Shown here: positions 9,438 to 19,375 of the stretch, piece by piece
Layout: each line of letters opens with the position of its first letter
Position numbering within the stretch: position 1 is the first letter of the stretch
Source: Deltaproteobacteria bacterium
GTDB lineage: Bacteria; Desulfobacterota; Binatia; UTPRO1
Direction of reading: 5' to 3'
Length of the DNA: 64,000 nucleotides
Assembly: GCA_020848745.1 (NCBI GenBank)
Contig: JADLHM010000110.1
Location: forward strand, 12,688-76,687
Position numbers and translations under genes: made by a program
The notes under the pieces: model-generated
The model's input: only the letters and a program-made list of their open reading frames with translations
Told to the model about the DNA's origin: nothing
Database searches by the model: none

Positions 9438-9866
9438 TCAGCGTCGACGGGAGGCCCGCGCCCGCGCGCCGGCCTTCAGCGTGCGCTTCGCCTTCGCGAC
9501 GTCCGAGACGCGTAGGAACACGGTTGCGGGCCCGTGCCCGGCGGCGCGGCTCGATCCGTACATGTAGTCGATGTTGATGCGGGCGCGGCCGAGGGTGCGG
9601 GCGAGGCGCTCGATCGCTCCGGGGCGGTCGGGGAGCTCGACGGCGAGCACGTCGTGAACGATCACGAGCGTCCCCGACTCGCCGATCAGCTGCTGGGCGC
9701 CCCGCGGGTCCGACACGATCAGGCGAACGACGGCGTGATCGACGAGGTTCGCGACGCTGATCGCCTCGATGTTGAGGGCGTGCGCGGCGAGGTCGCGGCA
9801 GAGCGCCGCCAGAGATCCCGGCTTGTTGTCGATGAAGACCGACAGCTGTTTTTCCACCCGCATCAT
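9438..9866 (-). CDS. ACT domain-containing protein
   Basis: 142-aa product MMRVEKQLSVFIDNKPGSLA..., typical of ACT regulatory domains. Confidence 0.6.
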   Translation of the reverse strand: MMRVEKQLSVFIDNKPGSLAALCRDLAAHALNIEAISVANLVDHAVVRLIVSDPRGAQQLIGESGTLVIVHDVLAVELPDRPGAIERLARTLGRARINIDYMYGSSRAAGHGPATVFLRVSDVAKAKRTLKAGARARASRRR

Positions 9867-9927
9867 GCCACCTCCACGCGCGCCGTAGTAGCCACGTGCC
9901 CCCGGGGTTGCAAGATCGCGTCCGGAA

Positions 9928-9978
9928 TTGACAGGCCCGCGGACCGTATATAACGAAACTGATTATCACATTCATTCG
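9928..9978 (+). promoter_or_regulatory. putative sigma70-like promoter (TTGACA-15nt-TATAAC) followed by a Fur-box-like AT-rich element
   Basis: AT-rich island in a GC-rich genome, directly upstream of the FTR1 iron-uptake operon. TTGACA at about 9928, TATAAC at about 9949. TGATTATCACATTCATTC at about 9960-9978 matches about 10 of 14 positions of the TGATAATCATTATC half of the Fur consensus. Confidence 0.3.
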
Positions 9979-9985
9979 TGCATCG

Positions 9986-11347
9986 ATGGTCGGCTTCGTG
10001 GCGCTCGCGCTCGCGGATGGCTGCACGCCTGCTTCCCCCGATGCGCCCGCACCCGTCGTGACGCCGAGCGCGCGCGCCGCCGTCAACCGCGACCTCGCGG
10101 GCGACCTGCTCGGGGCGTTGAAGCTCGTACGGCAGGAGTACCGGAACGCCGTCGCGTCCGGCGGCGGGACCGTCACCGATGCGACCGAATATGCCGAGAC
10201 CGAGCTCTTCGCCGAGCAGGCGGAGCGGAAGGCCGTCACCTGGCGCGCCGCCGGCGGTCTCGCTGACGTTGCGCAGGCCGACGAGCTCGCGCGCCGGTTG
10301 GCCGCGATCCGCGGCGCGGTCGGACGCAAGGCTCCGCACGCGGCGGTGGTCGAGGAGACAACGGCCGTGATCGCGATCGTCCAGCAGGCGATGGCCGGCG
10401 CCGTGCCGGAGTCGATTCGCGGGGTGCTCCTCGCGACGGCCCGCGCCGATCAGGCGATCCAGGCGGAGGAGATCGCCGGCGACTACCGCATCGGCCTCGT
10501 CTCCGACCGGGCGCAGCCGATCTTCGTGCGGAGCGGCGAGTCGCTCGTGTCCGCCGCCGCGGCGCCGGCCGACGCCGCGTACGTGGCGGTCTTGCTGCGC
10601 GAGCGTCGCACCAAGCGCCCGCTCTCGGGGGCCGACGTCGATCTCGTGGTCGAAGGGCAGGGCACGCGCATCGAGGCGCGTCTCGCCGAGCTGTGGGGCG
10701 ATCTGCACCAGTACGGGGCGAACATCGCGCTCCCCGCGGATGGTGCGGTGACGATCATGGTGCGGGTCGCTCCGCCGGCGTATGCGCGCCACGGCGACAC
10801 GCTGAATGTTTTCGTCGCGCCGGAGACTGTCACGTTCCGGGGCCATGTCCGCGGCCGGGAGCTCGCCTTCGACGCGAAGGCGGTGATGCCGGTGGACCAG
10901 GACTACGGCGTCGGTGACGACATGCTGCAGGCGATCGCCGAGGCGGGCGAGCTCCACGACACCGGCGGCTACCGTGTCGGCTTGATCGTCGAGGGCCCGG
11001 AGCCGATCTGGCAATGGAAGGACGGCAAGCCGGTGCTGGAGCCGGTCCCGGCGGACGCCACGAACCACGTCGAGGTGGTGCTGGTCGACCGCGAGAGCGG
11101 CCAGCTCGTGCCGCGCGCCGGCATCGACCTCGTCTTCTTGGCGAACGGCAACGAGGTCGGCCGGGCGATCCTGACCCCGCTCCTCTCCGCGTTCTCGCAC
11201 TACGGACGCACGATCGTCGTGCCGAGGAGCGCGACCTCGGTCCGGATCCACGTGCACCCGCCCGCGATCGGCGCGCTCGGGCGACCGCGGCTGGCGGATC
11301 CGGCGGACGTCGAACTGCGGCTGCCGGCGCAACGGAAGGAATCATGA
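9986..11347 (+). CDS. periplasmic protein of an FTR1-type iron uptake operon (family unassigned)
   Basis: 453-aa ORF, first gene of an operon. Its stop overlaps the FTR1 permease start (ATGA). N-terminal hydrophobic/lipobox-like segment (ALALADGC). Confidence 0.5.
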   Translation: MVGFVALALADGCTPASPDAPAPVVTPSARAAVNRDLAGDLLGALKLVRQEYRNAVASGGGTVTDATEYAETELFAEQAERKAVTWRAAGGLADVAQADELARRLAAIRGAVGRKAPHAAVVEETTAVIAIVQQAMAGAVPESIRGVLLATARADQAIQAEEIAGDYRIGLVSDRAQPIFVRSGESLVSAAAAPADAAYVAVLLRERRTKRPLSGADVDLVVEGQGTRIEARLAELWGDLHQYGANIALPADGAVTIMVRVAPPAYARHGDTLNVFVAPETVTFRGHVRGRELAFDAKAVMPVDQDYGVGDDMLQAIAEAGELHDTGGYRVGLIVEGPEPIWQWKDGKPVLEPVPADATNHVEVVLVDRESGQLVPRAGIDLVFLANGNEVGRAILTPLLSAFSHYGRTIVVPRSATSVRIHVHPPAIGALGRPRLADPADVELRLPAQRKES

Positions 11348-12555
11348 CGCCGATCCGGCGTCGTCTCGCGGCCTTGCTCGCGGCTGCCGTGCTCGCGGTC
11401 GCGTCGCTTTCGCTCATGGCGACGGCCGCGGCCGCGGCGACGCCGCACGACCTCGCGGCGGCGATTCGCGAGGCCGCCGCGCGCTATCCCGCCGGCGATC
11501 CGCACCTCGTGGTCGGCGACGCCTTCCTCCAGTTCGAAACGTCGCCCGCAGACGCCGACCTGAAGGGGCGAAACCCGTCGCGCTATGCGGATCTCGAGGT
11601 GCGATGGCTCGGGCTCGTGGCGGCGATGAAGGCCGGCGCGCCCGCCGGCGAGGTGCGCGAGCAGGCGACGGCACTCGCCGCGATGCTCGACGATCTCGGC
11701 GGCGACGCGGCGGCGACCGGCAGCCGATCGAGTCTCTTCGTCGACGCCTTCCTGATCATCGTGCGCGAGGGCTTCGAGGCGATCCTCGTCCTTACCGCCC
11801 TCGCGGCCTATCTCGTGAAGGTCCGGCAGGGCGACAAGCGCCGGCTCCTCTATGCCGGCGCCGGTCTGGCTCTGGCCGCGAGCGCGGCGCTCGCGGCCGT
11901 GGCTCGCTTCGTGATGCCGGTCGGCGGAGACGCCCGCGAGGCGCTCGAGGGGATCACGATGCTCGTCGCGGCGGGCGTGCTTTTCACGGCGTCGTACTGG
12001 CTGATCTCGAAGTCGGAGGCGTCCCGCTGGCGGGAGTTCGTACGCACCAAGCTCGAAGGGGCGCTGAGTTCGCGCCGGCGCGGCGCGCTCTTCGCGCTGG
12101 CCTTCCTGGTCGTGTTCCGCGAAGGCTTCGAGACCGTGCTCTTCTACGGGGCCCTCCTCGCGCGCGCGCAGGCGGTGACGTCGGCATCGGCGGTGTGGAG
12201 CGGCTTCGTCGCGGGCTCGCTGCTGCTCGCGATCGTCGCCGTGCTGCTCTTTCGCTACGGCATCCGCATCCCGATCCGTCCCTTCTTCGCGGTGACCGGC
12301 GTCCTCCTCTACGTGCTCGCGTTCAAGTTCGCGGGGGGCGGCGTGCGCGAGCTCCAGGAGGCCGGCTGGATCGGTGTCACGCCGGCGCCCGTCCCGAACG
12401 TGGCCTGGCTCCGCGACTGGCTCGCGATCTATCCCTTCGCCGAGCCGCTGCTCGTGCAGGCGGCACTGATCCTCGCGGTCGTCGCCGGCGTGGGGTACGC
12501 CGCCCTGACGCGTCCGGGCTCGGAAGCGGCCGCGCCCGAAGCGCTCCGATCGTGA
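11344..12555 (+). CDS. FTR1 family high-affinity iron permease
   Basis: MTPIRRRL start within ORF 11014..12555. Two REGFE motifs (REGFEAIL, REGFETVL) diagnostic of FTR1/EfeU permeases. Multiple TM helices. Confidence 0.8.
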   Translation: MTPIRRRLAALLAAAVLAVASLSLMATAAAAATPHDLAAAIREAAARYPAGDPHLVVGDAFLQFETSPADADLKGRNPSRYADLEVRWLGLVAAMKAGAPAGEVREQATALAAMLDDLGGDAAATGSRSSLFVDAFLIIVREGFEAILVLTALAAYLVKVRQGDKRRLLYAGAGLALAASAALAAVARFVMPVGGDAREALEGITMLVAAGVLFTASYWLISKSEASRWREFVRTKLEGALSSRRRGALFALAFLVVFREGFETVLFYGALLARAQAVTSASAVWSGFVAGSLLLAIVAVLLFRYGIRIPIRPFFAVTGVLLYVLAFKFAGGGVRELQEAGWIGVTPAPVPNVAWLRDWLAIYPFAEPLLVQAALILAVVAGVGYAALTRPGSEAAAPEALRS

Positions 12556-12974
12556 GCCGGCGCGGCGTCGGACTCGTGGTCGCGCTCGGGGCGCTCACGG
12601 TCGCCGCCTGGCTCGTCGTGGCGTCGGCGCGCGTCCGCGAGGACGTGCCCGGGGAGTTTGCCGGGAAGCGCAACCCGCTCGGCGGAGCCGTGGCGGTTGC
12701 CGCCGGCGCGCGAATCTTCCACGAAAGCTGCGCGAGTTGCCACGGGGACGAGGCGGACGGCCGCGGTCCGGCGGCCGGCGGGCTCGTGCCGCCGCCCGCG
12801 AACTTCGCGAGCGGTCCGATCCTCGGCCGCCACAGCGACGCGTACCTGTACTGGCGGATCAGCGCGGGAAAGCCGGGCACCGCGATGCCGTCCTTCCACG
12901 GCGTGCTCGGCGAGACCGAGCGCTGGCAGGTGGTCGGCTATCTCCGCAGCCTCGCGGTCTCGGCGCGGCGTTGA
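12552..12974 (+). CDS. class I c-type cytochrome
   Basis: GTG start overlaps the permease stop (GTGA). Signal-anchor, single CASCH heme-binding motif, distal Met (AMPSF). Embedded in artefactual ORF 11604..12974. Confidence 0.75.
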   Translation: MSRRGVGLVVALGALTVAAWLVVASARVREDVPGEFAGKRNPLGGAVAVAAGARIFHESCASCHGDEADGRGPAAGGLVPPPANFASGPILGRHSDAYLYWRISAGKPGTAMPSFHGVLGETERWQVVGYLRSLAVSARR

Positions 12975-13060
12975 GGCGCCATCGAATAGCGCTTCTGTCT
13001 TTGCGACGCACCGTCGGTCTTGTATAGTTGCGCGACTTTCCTTCGGAACGGAGCGTAACG

Positions 13061-14434
13061 ATGCCTCGTCGGCGACGCAGTCTCACCCTTTTTCTTGCGT
13101 TCTTCGCGATGCTGGCGTTCATGTTTTCGGGTGGGAACGGCGTGCCGCGAGTGGACGCCGTCGGCAAGGACGCGGCCTACGAGAACCTCCAGACTTTCAC
13201 CAACATCCTCGCCATCGTCCAGAAGAACTACGTCGAGGAGGTCACGACCGAGCAACTCGTCGAGGGCGCGATCAACGGCATGCTGACCTCGCTGGATCCG
13301 CACAGCGCCTACCTCACGCCGGACCTTTACAAAGAGCTGCAGGTCGACACCAAGGGCAGTTTCGGCGGGCTCGGCATCGAGATCACGGTGCGCAACGGCG
13401 TCCTTACCGTCGTCGCGCCGATCGAGGACACGCCCGCCTCGCGCGCCGGCGTCAAGGCGGGCGACCAGGTCATCAAGATCGACGGCGAGTTCACCAAGGA
13501 CATGACCCTCGTCGAGGCCGTGAAGAAGATGCGCGGCCCGAAGGGCAGCAAGGTCGTCATCTCCATCAAGCGCGAAGGCGTGAACTCGATCTTCGACGTC
13601 ACGCTCGTGCGCGAGGTCATCAAGGTCCAGAGCGTCAAGTCGAAGATGCTCGACAAGGGCTACGGCTACATCCGGCTCGCGCAGTTCCAGGAGCGGAGCG
13701 CCAACGACGTCGAGCGCGCGCTCGAGCAGTGGGGTCGCGAGGGCGCGATCGAGGGCATCGTCCTCGACCTCCGCAACGATCCCGGCGGTCTCCTCACCCA
13801 GGCAGTCAAGGTTTCCGACCTCTTCCTCGACGCCGGCATGATCGTCTACACCGACGGCCGCCTCGAGAATCAGAAGCAGAAGTACTTTGCGCGTCGGCCC
13901 GGCAGCTACACCGATTTTCCGATGGTGGTGCTGGTGAACGGCGGCACCGCGAGCGCGTCGGAGATCGTCGCCGGCGCGCTGCAGGACCACAAGCGCGCCG
14001 TGATCCTCGGCACGACGACCTTCGGCAAGGGGTCGGTGCAGACGATCTTGCCGCTCGACGACAACTCGGCGCTGCGCCTGACGACGGCGCGCTACTACAC
14101 CCCGAGCGGGCGCTCGATCCAGGCGACCGGCATCGTGCCGGACATCGTCATGGAGAACGTGCTGATGGCGCGGGTCGGCGAGCCGAGCAAGCGGGCGACG
14201 GGCCTCCGCGAGGCGAACCTGCCGCGGCACTTCGAGAACAGGAAGGGCGGCGCGCCGGCGGACGGCGAGCCGGACGGCGCGTCCGAGCCTCCGGCCGACG
14301 AGCTTCCCGAGCCCGAGGAGGAAGTCGGCATCAAGGAAGGCGAGCTCGGGAAGGACCCGCAGCTCGACCACGCGCTCGAGCTCCTGAAGAGCTGGAAGGT
14401 ATTCAAGACGCTGGTCGCGAAGCGCGAAGAGTAG
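13061..14434 (+). CDS. ctpA: carboxyl-terminal processing protease (S41 family)
   Basis: ATG at 13061 (MPRRRRSLTLFLAFF signal). PDZ region, GIGIEIT, catalytic block TFGKGSVQT, conserved TASASE. Confidence 0.85.
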   Translation: MPRRRRSLTLFLAFFAMLAFMFSGGNGVPRVDAVGKDAAYENLQTFTNILAIVQKNYVEEVTTEQLVEGAINGMLTSLDPHSAYLTPDLYKELQVDTKGSFGGLGIEITVRNGVLTVVAPIEDTPASRAGVKAGDQVIKIDGEFTKDMTLVEAVKKMRGPKGSKVVISIKREGVNSIFDVTLVREVIKVQSVKSKMLDKGYGYIRLAQFQERSANDVERALEQWGREGAIEGIVLDLRNDPGGLLTQAVKVSDLFLDAGMIVYTDGRLENQKQKYFARRPGSYTDFPMVVLVNGGTASASEIVAGALQDHKRAVILGTTTFGKGSVQTILPLDDNSALRLTTARYYTPSGRSIQATGIVPDIVMENVLMARVGEPSKRATGLREANLPRHFENRKGGAPADGEPDGASEPPADELPEPEEEVGIKEGELGKDPQLDHALELLKSWKVFKTLVAKREE

Positions 14435-14493
14435 TCGGTGGGGCGGGCGCGCGCGGATGGGCGCGCGCCTCGGGCGGATGGGACGGAGGGGCG

Positions 14494-15453
14494 GTGGTGG
14501 CACCACGGCGGCAAGCGACACGGAAGCGTCGTCCGACGCGCGGCAAGCGTCGATCGGCCTTTGGCCCGCGTCTCGGCGCGGCCGCGATCGGTGTCGTCGC
14601 GCTCGCGGGCGTGGCGTTCTGGCTCCGGCCGCGCCATCTGCCGCCGCCCTCGTTGACGCCGCCGAAAATGGTGACGTCCGCCGAGCGCGTCGCGGCCGCG
14701 GCGCGGGCGAAAGCGGGAGCGAGCCCGGGTGCCGTCACGGCCGGGCCGGCGGCGACTCGGCAGGGCGAAGCGCCGGCCCCGCGCCGTGTATCGGCGCGCA
14801 TCGCCGTCGTGATCGACGATCTCGGCGACAGCCTCGAGACCGCTCGCAGGGTGCTCGCGCTCGAGCCGGCCGTGACGGTGGCGGTGATCCCGTTTCGCGA
14901 GGCCTCGGCGGCGGTCGCCGCGGCCGCCGTGTCGAACGGACGCGAGGTCATCCTGCACCTGCCGCTCGAGCCGGAGCGCGGGGCGGCGATGGCGGGAGGC
15001 GGCGGCTTCCTGCGGACGTCGATGGAGCCGCAACACCTCGAGAGCCAGCTCGAGCGCGATCTGCGCGCAGTGCCCTACATCGTCGGCGTGAACGGCCACA
15101 TGGGATCCCGTTTCACGAGCGACCCCCGCGCCATGAGGACGTTGCTCGCGGCGCTCCGCGCGCGCGGCCTCTTCTTCCTCGACAGCAAGACCAGCCCGGA
15201 GTCGCTGGCGGCCGAGCTCGCGGCGGGATTGCAGGTGCCGTTCGCCGAGCGGAGCGTCTTCCTCGATCACGACCCGTCGCCGGACGCTATCGTCCGTGCG
15301 CTCGCGGTCGCCGCCAAGACCGCGCGCCAAACCGGGCAGGCGATCGCCATTGGCCATCCGCATGCTTCGACGCTCACCGCGCTCGCGACCTGGTTGCCGG
15401 CAGCGGCGCGCGACGGCTTCGCGATCGTCCCGGTCTCCGCGCTCGTGCGGTGA
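14494..15453 (+). CDS. divergent polysaccharide deacetylase family protein (YibQ-like)
   Basis: C-terminal third of artefactual ORF 12658..15453. N-terminal TM helix then ARIAVVIDDLG...ILHLPLEP...GVNGHMGSRFT motifs of the YibQ family. Start codon (GTG near 14494) uncertain. Confidence 0.65.
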   Translation: MVAPRRQATRKRRPTRGKRRSAFGPRLGAAAIGVVALAGVAFWLRPRHLPPPSLTPPKMVTSAERVAAAARAKAGASPGAVTAGPAATRQGEAPAPRRVSARIAVVIDDLGDSLETARRVLALEPAVTVAVIPFREASAAVAAAAVSNGREVILHLPLEPERGAAMAGGGGFLRTSMEPQHLESQLERDLRAVPYIVGVNGHMGSRFTSDPRAMRTLLAALRARGLFFLDSKTSPESLAAELAAGLQVPFAERSVFLDHDPSPDAIVRALAVAAKTARQTGQAIAIGHPHASTLTALATWLPAAARDGFAIVPVSALVR

Positions 15454-15514
15454 CGGCCGGCGGCGCGGGCCGCCGCGTCGACCTGCCCCGCGATTCAGGC
15501 TAGGGTCGGCGCGC

Positions 15515-16900
15515 ATGGTCGTCGCCCGTTCTCGACGCGCGCCCGCGCCGCTCTCGGTGTCGCAGCTGACGGCGCTCGTGCGCGGCGCACTCGATCAGGA
15601 GATCGGGAACGTCCTCGTCGCCGGGGAGATCTCGAATCTCCGGCCCGCGGGCTCGGGGCACGTGTACTTCACGCTCAAGGACGACCGGAGCCAGTTGCGC
15701 TGCGTGATGTTCCGGAGCGTGGCGCAGCTGCTCGTATTCCGGCCCGAGAACGGCCAGGAGGTCGTTCTCGGGGGCCGCATCGACCTCTATCCCGCGCGTG
15801 GCGAGCTCCAGCTCTACGTCGACCGCATGGAGCCGCAAGGGCGGGGGGCGCTCCAGCTCGCCTTCGAGCAGATGAAGGCGCGGCTCGCAGCGGAGGGCCT
15901 TTTCGACGAGGACCGCAAGCGGTCGCTGCCCTTCTTCCCGTCCCGCATCGGGATCGCGACCGCGTTGAACGGCGCCGCGCTGCACGACATCCTGGTGATC
16001 CTGCGGGCGCGCTGCCCCGCGGTTCACGTGCTCGTGCGTCCGGTGCGCGTGCAGGGCGCCGGCTCCGCCGCCGACATCTGCCAGGCAATCGCGGACCTGA
16101 ACGCGCATCCCGGTCTCGAGGTGCTGATCGTCGGCCGCGGCGGCGGCTCGCTCGAGGACCTCTGGTCGTTCAACGAGGAGTCGGTTGCGCGCGCCATCGC
16201 GGCGTCGCGCGTGCCGGTCGTGTCGGCGGTCGGGCACGAGGTCGACTTCACGATCGCCGACTTCGTCGCGGATCGTCGCGCCCCGACGCCGACGGCTGCC
16301 GCCGAGATGATCGTGCCGCGCCTCGCCGATCTCCGCGCGCTGGTCGTGCGCGGCCAGGCGGGGTTGGCGGGCGCGCTGGCGCGGCGCGCCGGGCGGGAGC
16401 GGCGCCACCTCGAGCAGTTGTCGGGCCGCCTCCGCGACCCGCGGCGGCGGATCCGCGATCTCCGCGCGGCGACCGACGCCGGGGCCGCGCGCCTCGATGC
16501 GGCGATGCGGCGTCGGCTCGTCTCCGTCCGTACGCGCACCGGCGCCGGCGCGCACCGGCTCGCCATGCAGCATCCGGGTACGCGGGTCGCGGCGCTCGCG
16601 CGCGCGGTCGCGCTCTTGCGCCATCGCTTGCACCTCGACGCGCGGCGGGCGCTCGCGACCGCGCAGGACCGGGTGGGGCGCGCGGCGGCTTCGCTGGACG
16701 GTCTGAGCCCGCTCGCGGTGCTCGCGCGCGGCTACAGCCTCGTACGGCGGGTCGACGACGGCGCGATCGTACGCGCGAGCGCGGCGCTCGCGCCCGGCGA
16801 CGAGATCGACATCAGCTTCGCGGTCGGCTCCTCGCGCGCGCGCGTGCTCGCGCCCGCCCGCCGGCGCGCCGCGAAGCGTACCACCGGAGGATCCTCATGA
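15515..16900 (+). CDS. xseA: exodeoxyribonuclease VII large subunit
   Basis: ATG at 15515. OB-fold N-terminus (SVSQLTALVRGALDQEIGNVLVAGEISNL) and conserved XseA catalytic region. Confidence 0.85.
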   Translation: MVVARSRRAPAPLSVSQLTALVRGALDQEIGNVLVAGEISNLRPAGSGHVYFTLKDDRSQLRCVMFRSVAQLLVFRPENGQEVVLGGRIDLYPARGELQLYVDRMEPQGRGALQLAFEQMKARLAAEGLFDEDRKRSLPFFPSRIGIATALNGAALHDILVILRARCPAVHVLVRPVRVQGAGSAADICQAIADLNAHPGLEVLIVGRGGGSLEDLWSFNEESVARAIAASRVPVVSAVGHEVDFTIADFVADRRAPTPTAAAEMIVPRLADLRALVVRGQAGLAGALARRAGRERRHLEQLSGRLRDPRRRIRDLRAATDAGAARLDAAMRRRLVSVRTRTGAGAHRLAMQHPGTRVAALARAVALLRHRLHLDARRALATAQDRVGRAAASLDGLSPLAVLARGYSLVRRVDDGAIVRASAALAPGDEIDISFAVGSSRARVLAPARRRAAKRTTGGSS

Positions 16901-17136
16901 CCGAGACGAAACCCCAGAAGTTCGAAGACGGACTCGCCGAGCTCGAGGCGACGGTCGCACGGCTCGAATCCGGCGAGCTCTCGCTCGAAGACTCGCTCGC
17001 CGCGTTCGAGCGCGGCGTTGGGCTCGTGAAGTCCCTGAACGAGCGTCTCGGCGCGGTCGAGCAGCGCATCGAGATCCTCACGCGCGAGGGCAACGGCGCC
17101 CTCAAGGCGCGCCCGCTCGAGGCGGACCCGGAGTGA
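16897..17136 (+). CDS. xseB: exodeoxyribonuclease VII small subunit
   Basis: 79-aa product with FEDGLAELEATVARLESGELSLEDSL, the classic XseB sequence. ATGA overlap with xseA. Confidence 0.85.
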   Translation: MTETKPQKFEDGLAELEATVARLESGELSLEDSLAAFERGVGLVKSLNERLGAVEQRIEILTREGNGALKARPLEADPE

Positions 17137-18023
17137 ACGTCGAAGCCTACCTGGCCGAGCGCCGCGCGCTCGTCGACGCCGCGCTCGAACGGGCGCTCCG
17201 CCCGGGCGAAGGGACGCCGCCGCGTCTCCTCGAGGCGATGCGCTACGCCGTCCTCTCGGGGGGAAAGCGCGTACGCCCGATCCTCGCGCTCGCGGCGTGC
17301 GAGGCGGTGCCCGCCGACGGTCGGCGCGCGCTGCCGTTCGGCTGCGCGATCGAGCTGATCCACGCCTACTCGCTCGTGCACGACGATCTCCCCGCGATGG
17401 ACGACGACACGCTCCGACGCGGCCGTCCGACGGTACATGTCCGGTACGGGGAGGCCCTCGCCATCCTCGTGGGCGACGCGCTTCTCACCGAGGCGTTCCG
17501 CGTCGCGGCCGAGGGGGCGCGCACGGCCGGCGTCGGCGCCGAGCACGTTCTCACGATGGTCGCGCGCATCGCGGCCGCTGCGGGCGCCGCCGGCATGGTG
17601 GGTGGTCAGGTCGCGGACCTCGAGGCGGAAGGCGGACGTCCCGACCACGCGACGGTCGAGGCCATCCACCGCCGCAAGACCGCGGCACTGATTTCCGCCG
17701 CGATCGACGTCGGCGCGCTCGCGGGCGGGGCCGACGGCGCGTGCCGTGAGGCGCTCGCGGAGTACGGGCGCGCGCTCGGCCTCGCGTTCCAGATCGCCGA
17801 CGACATCCTCGACGCGACGGCGCCGACCGCCGTGACCGGAAAACGCGAGGGCGGTGACGTGGAGCACGGCAAGGCAACGTATCCCGCGGTGCTCGGCATC
17901 GACGGCGCACGCGCTGCCGCGCGGGAGCTCCTCGGGCGCTGTCTCGCGGCGACCGAGACCCTCGGCGAGTCCGCCGACCCGCTGCGCGCGATGGCGCGTT
18001 TCGTGGTCGAGCGCGCCAGCTGA
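17133..18023 (+). CDS. ispA: polyprenyl (farnesyl/geranylgeranyl) diphosphate synthase
   Basis: GTG start overlaps the xseB stop. First DDxxD (LVHDDLPAMDDD) and second (FQIADDILD) aspartate-rich motifs. Confidence 0.85.
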   Translation: MNVEAYLAERRALVDAALERALRPGEGTPPRLLEAMRYAVLSGGKRVRPILALAACEAVPADGRRALPFGCAIELIHAYSLVHDDLPAMDDDTLRRGRPTVHVRYGEALAILVGDALLTEAFRVAAEGARTAGVGAEHVLTMVARIAAAAGAAGMVGGQVADLEAEGGRPDHATVEAIHRRKTAALISAAIDVGALAGGADGACREALAEYGRALGLAFQIADDILDATAPTAVTGKREGGDVEHGKATYPAVLGIDGARAAARELLGRCLAATETLGESADPLRAMARFVVERAS

Positions 18024-18042
18024 CTTCCCCAGGCGCGGGGCG

Positions 18043-18792
18043 ATGGCGAAGGAGCGGGTCGACAAGCTCCTCGTCGAGCGCGGGCTCGCCCCGACGCGGG
18101 AGCATGCCCAGCGGTTGGTGATGGCGGGCCTCGTTTTCTCCGGCGACGCGGCGGTCGCGAAGCCGGGGACGCGGATGGCGGTCGGCGCGCCGCTCGACGT
18201 GCGCGGCGAGCCGCATCCGTTCGTGAGCCGCGGCGGCGCCAAGCTCGACGCCGCGCTCGGCGCGCTCGAGCTCGACGCTACGGGGCTCGTGGCACTCGAC
18301 GTCGGGGCGTCGACCGGCGGTTTCACCGATTGCCTCCTCCAGCGCGGCGCGCGGCGCGTCTACGCGATCGACGTCGGCTACGGGCAACTCGCGTGGAAGC
18401 TCCGGACGGATCCGCGCGTCGTGAGCCGCGAGCGCACCAACGTACGCGACCTCGCGTGCGGCGCCTTCGACGAACCGATCGATCTCGTCACGATCGACGC
18501 GTCGTTCATTTCGCTCCGGCTCGTGCTTCCGGCGGTGCTGCGGCTCCTCGACGCGGACCGGCGCATCGTGGCGCTCGTGAAGCCGCAGTTCGAGGTGGGT
18601 AAGGGCGAGGTCGGAAAGGGCGGCGTCGTGCGCGACGCGGCCCGCCACGCGGAGGTTCTGGCGAGGCTGCAGCGCTCCGTGGCCGAGATCGGCCTGAGGG
18701 TGGACGCCGTCCTCGCGTCGCCGCTCCTCGGTCCCGCCGGCAATCGCGAGTTCTTCCTCGCGCTCACCACGACGCGTCCGCCCGCGCCCTGA
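18043..18792 (+). CDS. tlyA: TlyA family rRNA (cytidine-2'-O)-methyltransferase
   Basis: ATG at 18043 (MAKERVDKLLVERGLA = S4 domain), then FtsJ-like MTase motif LDVGASTGGFTDCLLQRGA. Confidence 0.8.
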   Translation: MAKERVDKLLVERGLAPTREHAQRLVMAGLVFSGDAAVAKPGTRMAVGAPLDVRGEPHPFVSRGGAKLDAALGALELDATGLVALDVGASTGGFTDCLLQRGARRVYAIDVGYGQLAWKLRTDPRVVSRERTNVRDLACGAFDEPIDLVTIDASFISLRLVLPAVLRLLDADRRIVALVKPQFEVGKGEVGKGGVVRDAARHAEVLARLQRSVAEIGLRVDAVLASPLLGPAGNREFFLALTTTRPPAP

Positions 18793-18807
18793 CCCGCGCC
18801 GGGATTC

Positions 18808-19260
18808 TCAGGCGGCGTGCGGATCGGCTCGCGCCAGGAGGTCGCGCACGGTGGCGCTCATGGCGGAGGTCGTGCGGCCGAACTCCGCGAGCGCCGCGGC
18901 GGTCGCGGGGAAGTCGACGTCCCAGCGCAGCGCGAGATCGACCCAGCGACGCTTGAGCGCCTCGAGGTCGGCGAGATCGACGCTGAGGCGCTCCCAGTGG
19001 TTGCGGCCGTCGCGAGGCGAGGTCGGGTCGGCCGGGTCGGCGTTGCCGGCGAGAGCGCGCAGCTCCGCGGCGACGCGGGCCGCCTGGGCGTCCGCTCGGT
19101 CGGCGAGGCCGACGAGGGTCGGGCCGAGCCGTGGATAGGGCACCCGGCCCGCGTGCCTCCGCAGTTGGGCCGCGATACGGCGGGCGTCGAGATACCCGGC
19201 CCTGAGATCGCCCGCGAAGCGGGCCCGAAGTGCCGCGGAGCCCTCGCCCGTCGCGCCCAT
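18808..19260 (-). CDS. hypothetical protein
   Basis: 150-aa C-terminal portion (from MGATGEG) of ORF 18808..19674. The full ORF cannot be real because it overlaps rpoZ on the other strand. No family recognised. Confidence 0.3.
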   Translation of the reverse strand: MGATGEGSAALRARFAGDLRAGYLDARRIAAQLRRHAGRVPYPRLGPTLVGLADRADAQAARVAAELRALAGNADPADPTSPRDGRNHWERLSVDLADLEALKRRWVDLALRWDVDFPATAAALAEFGRTTSAMSATVRDLLARADPHAA

Positions 19261-19375
19261 GGCGGCGAGGTATCGGCGCCGTCGCGGCCTGTCAAACCGG
19301 CGGGCCCGAGTTTCCTTGCCGGACCGATTCGGGTAGAAGGGCCGGAGCCCAACCGATCGCGAGGAGACGCCGCGC

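Noticed and set aside
12658-15453. 931-aa ORF spanning ctpA and the deacetylase gene
   Set aside because: The N-terminal two-thirds are an off-frame readthrough across ctpA (which has strong S41 motifs in its own frame). Only the C-terminal about 320 aa (YibQ-like) are credible.
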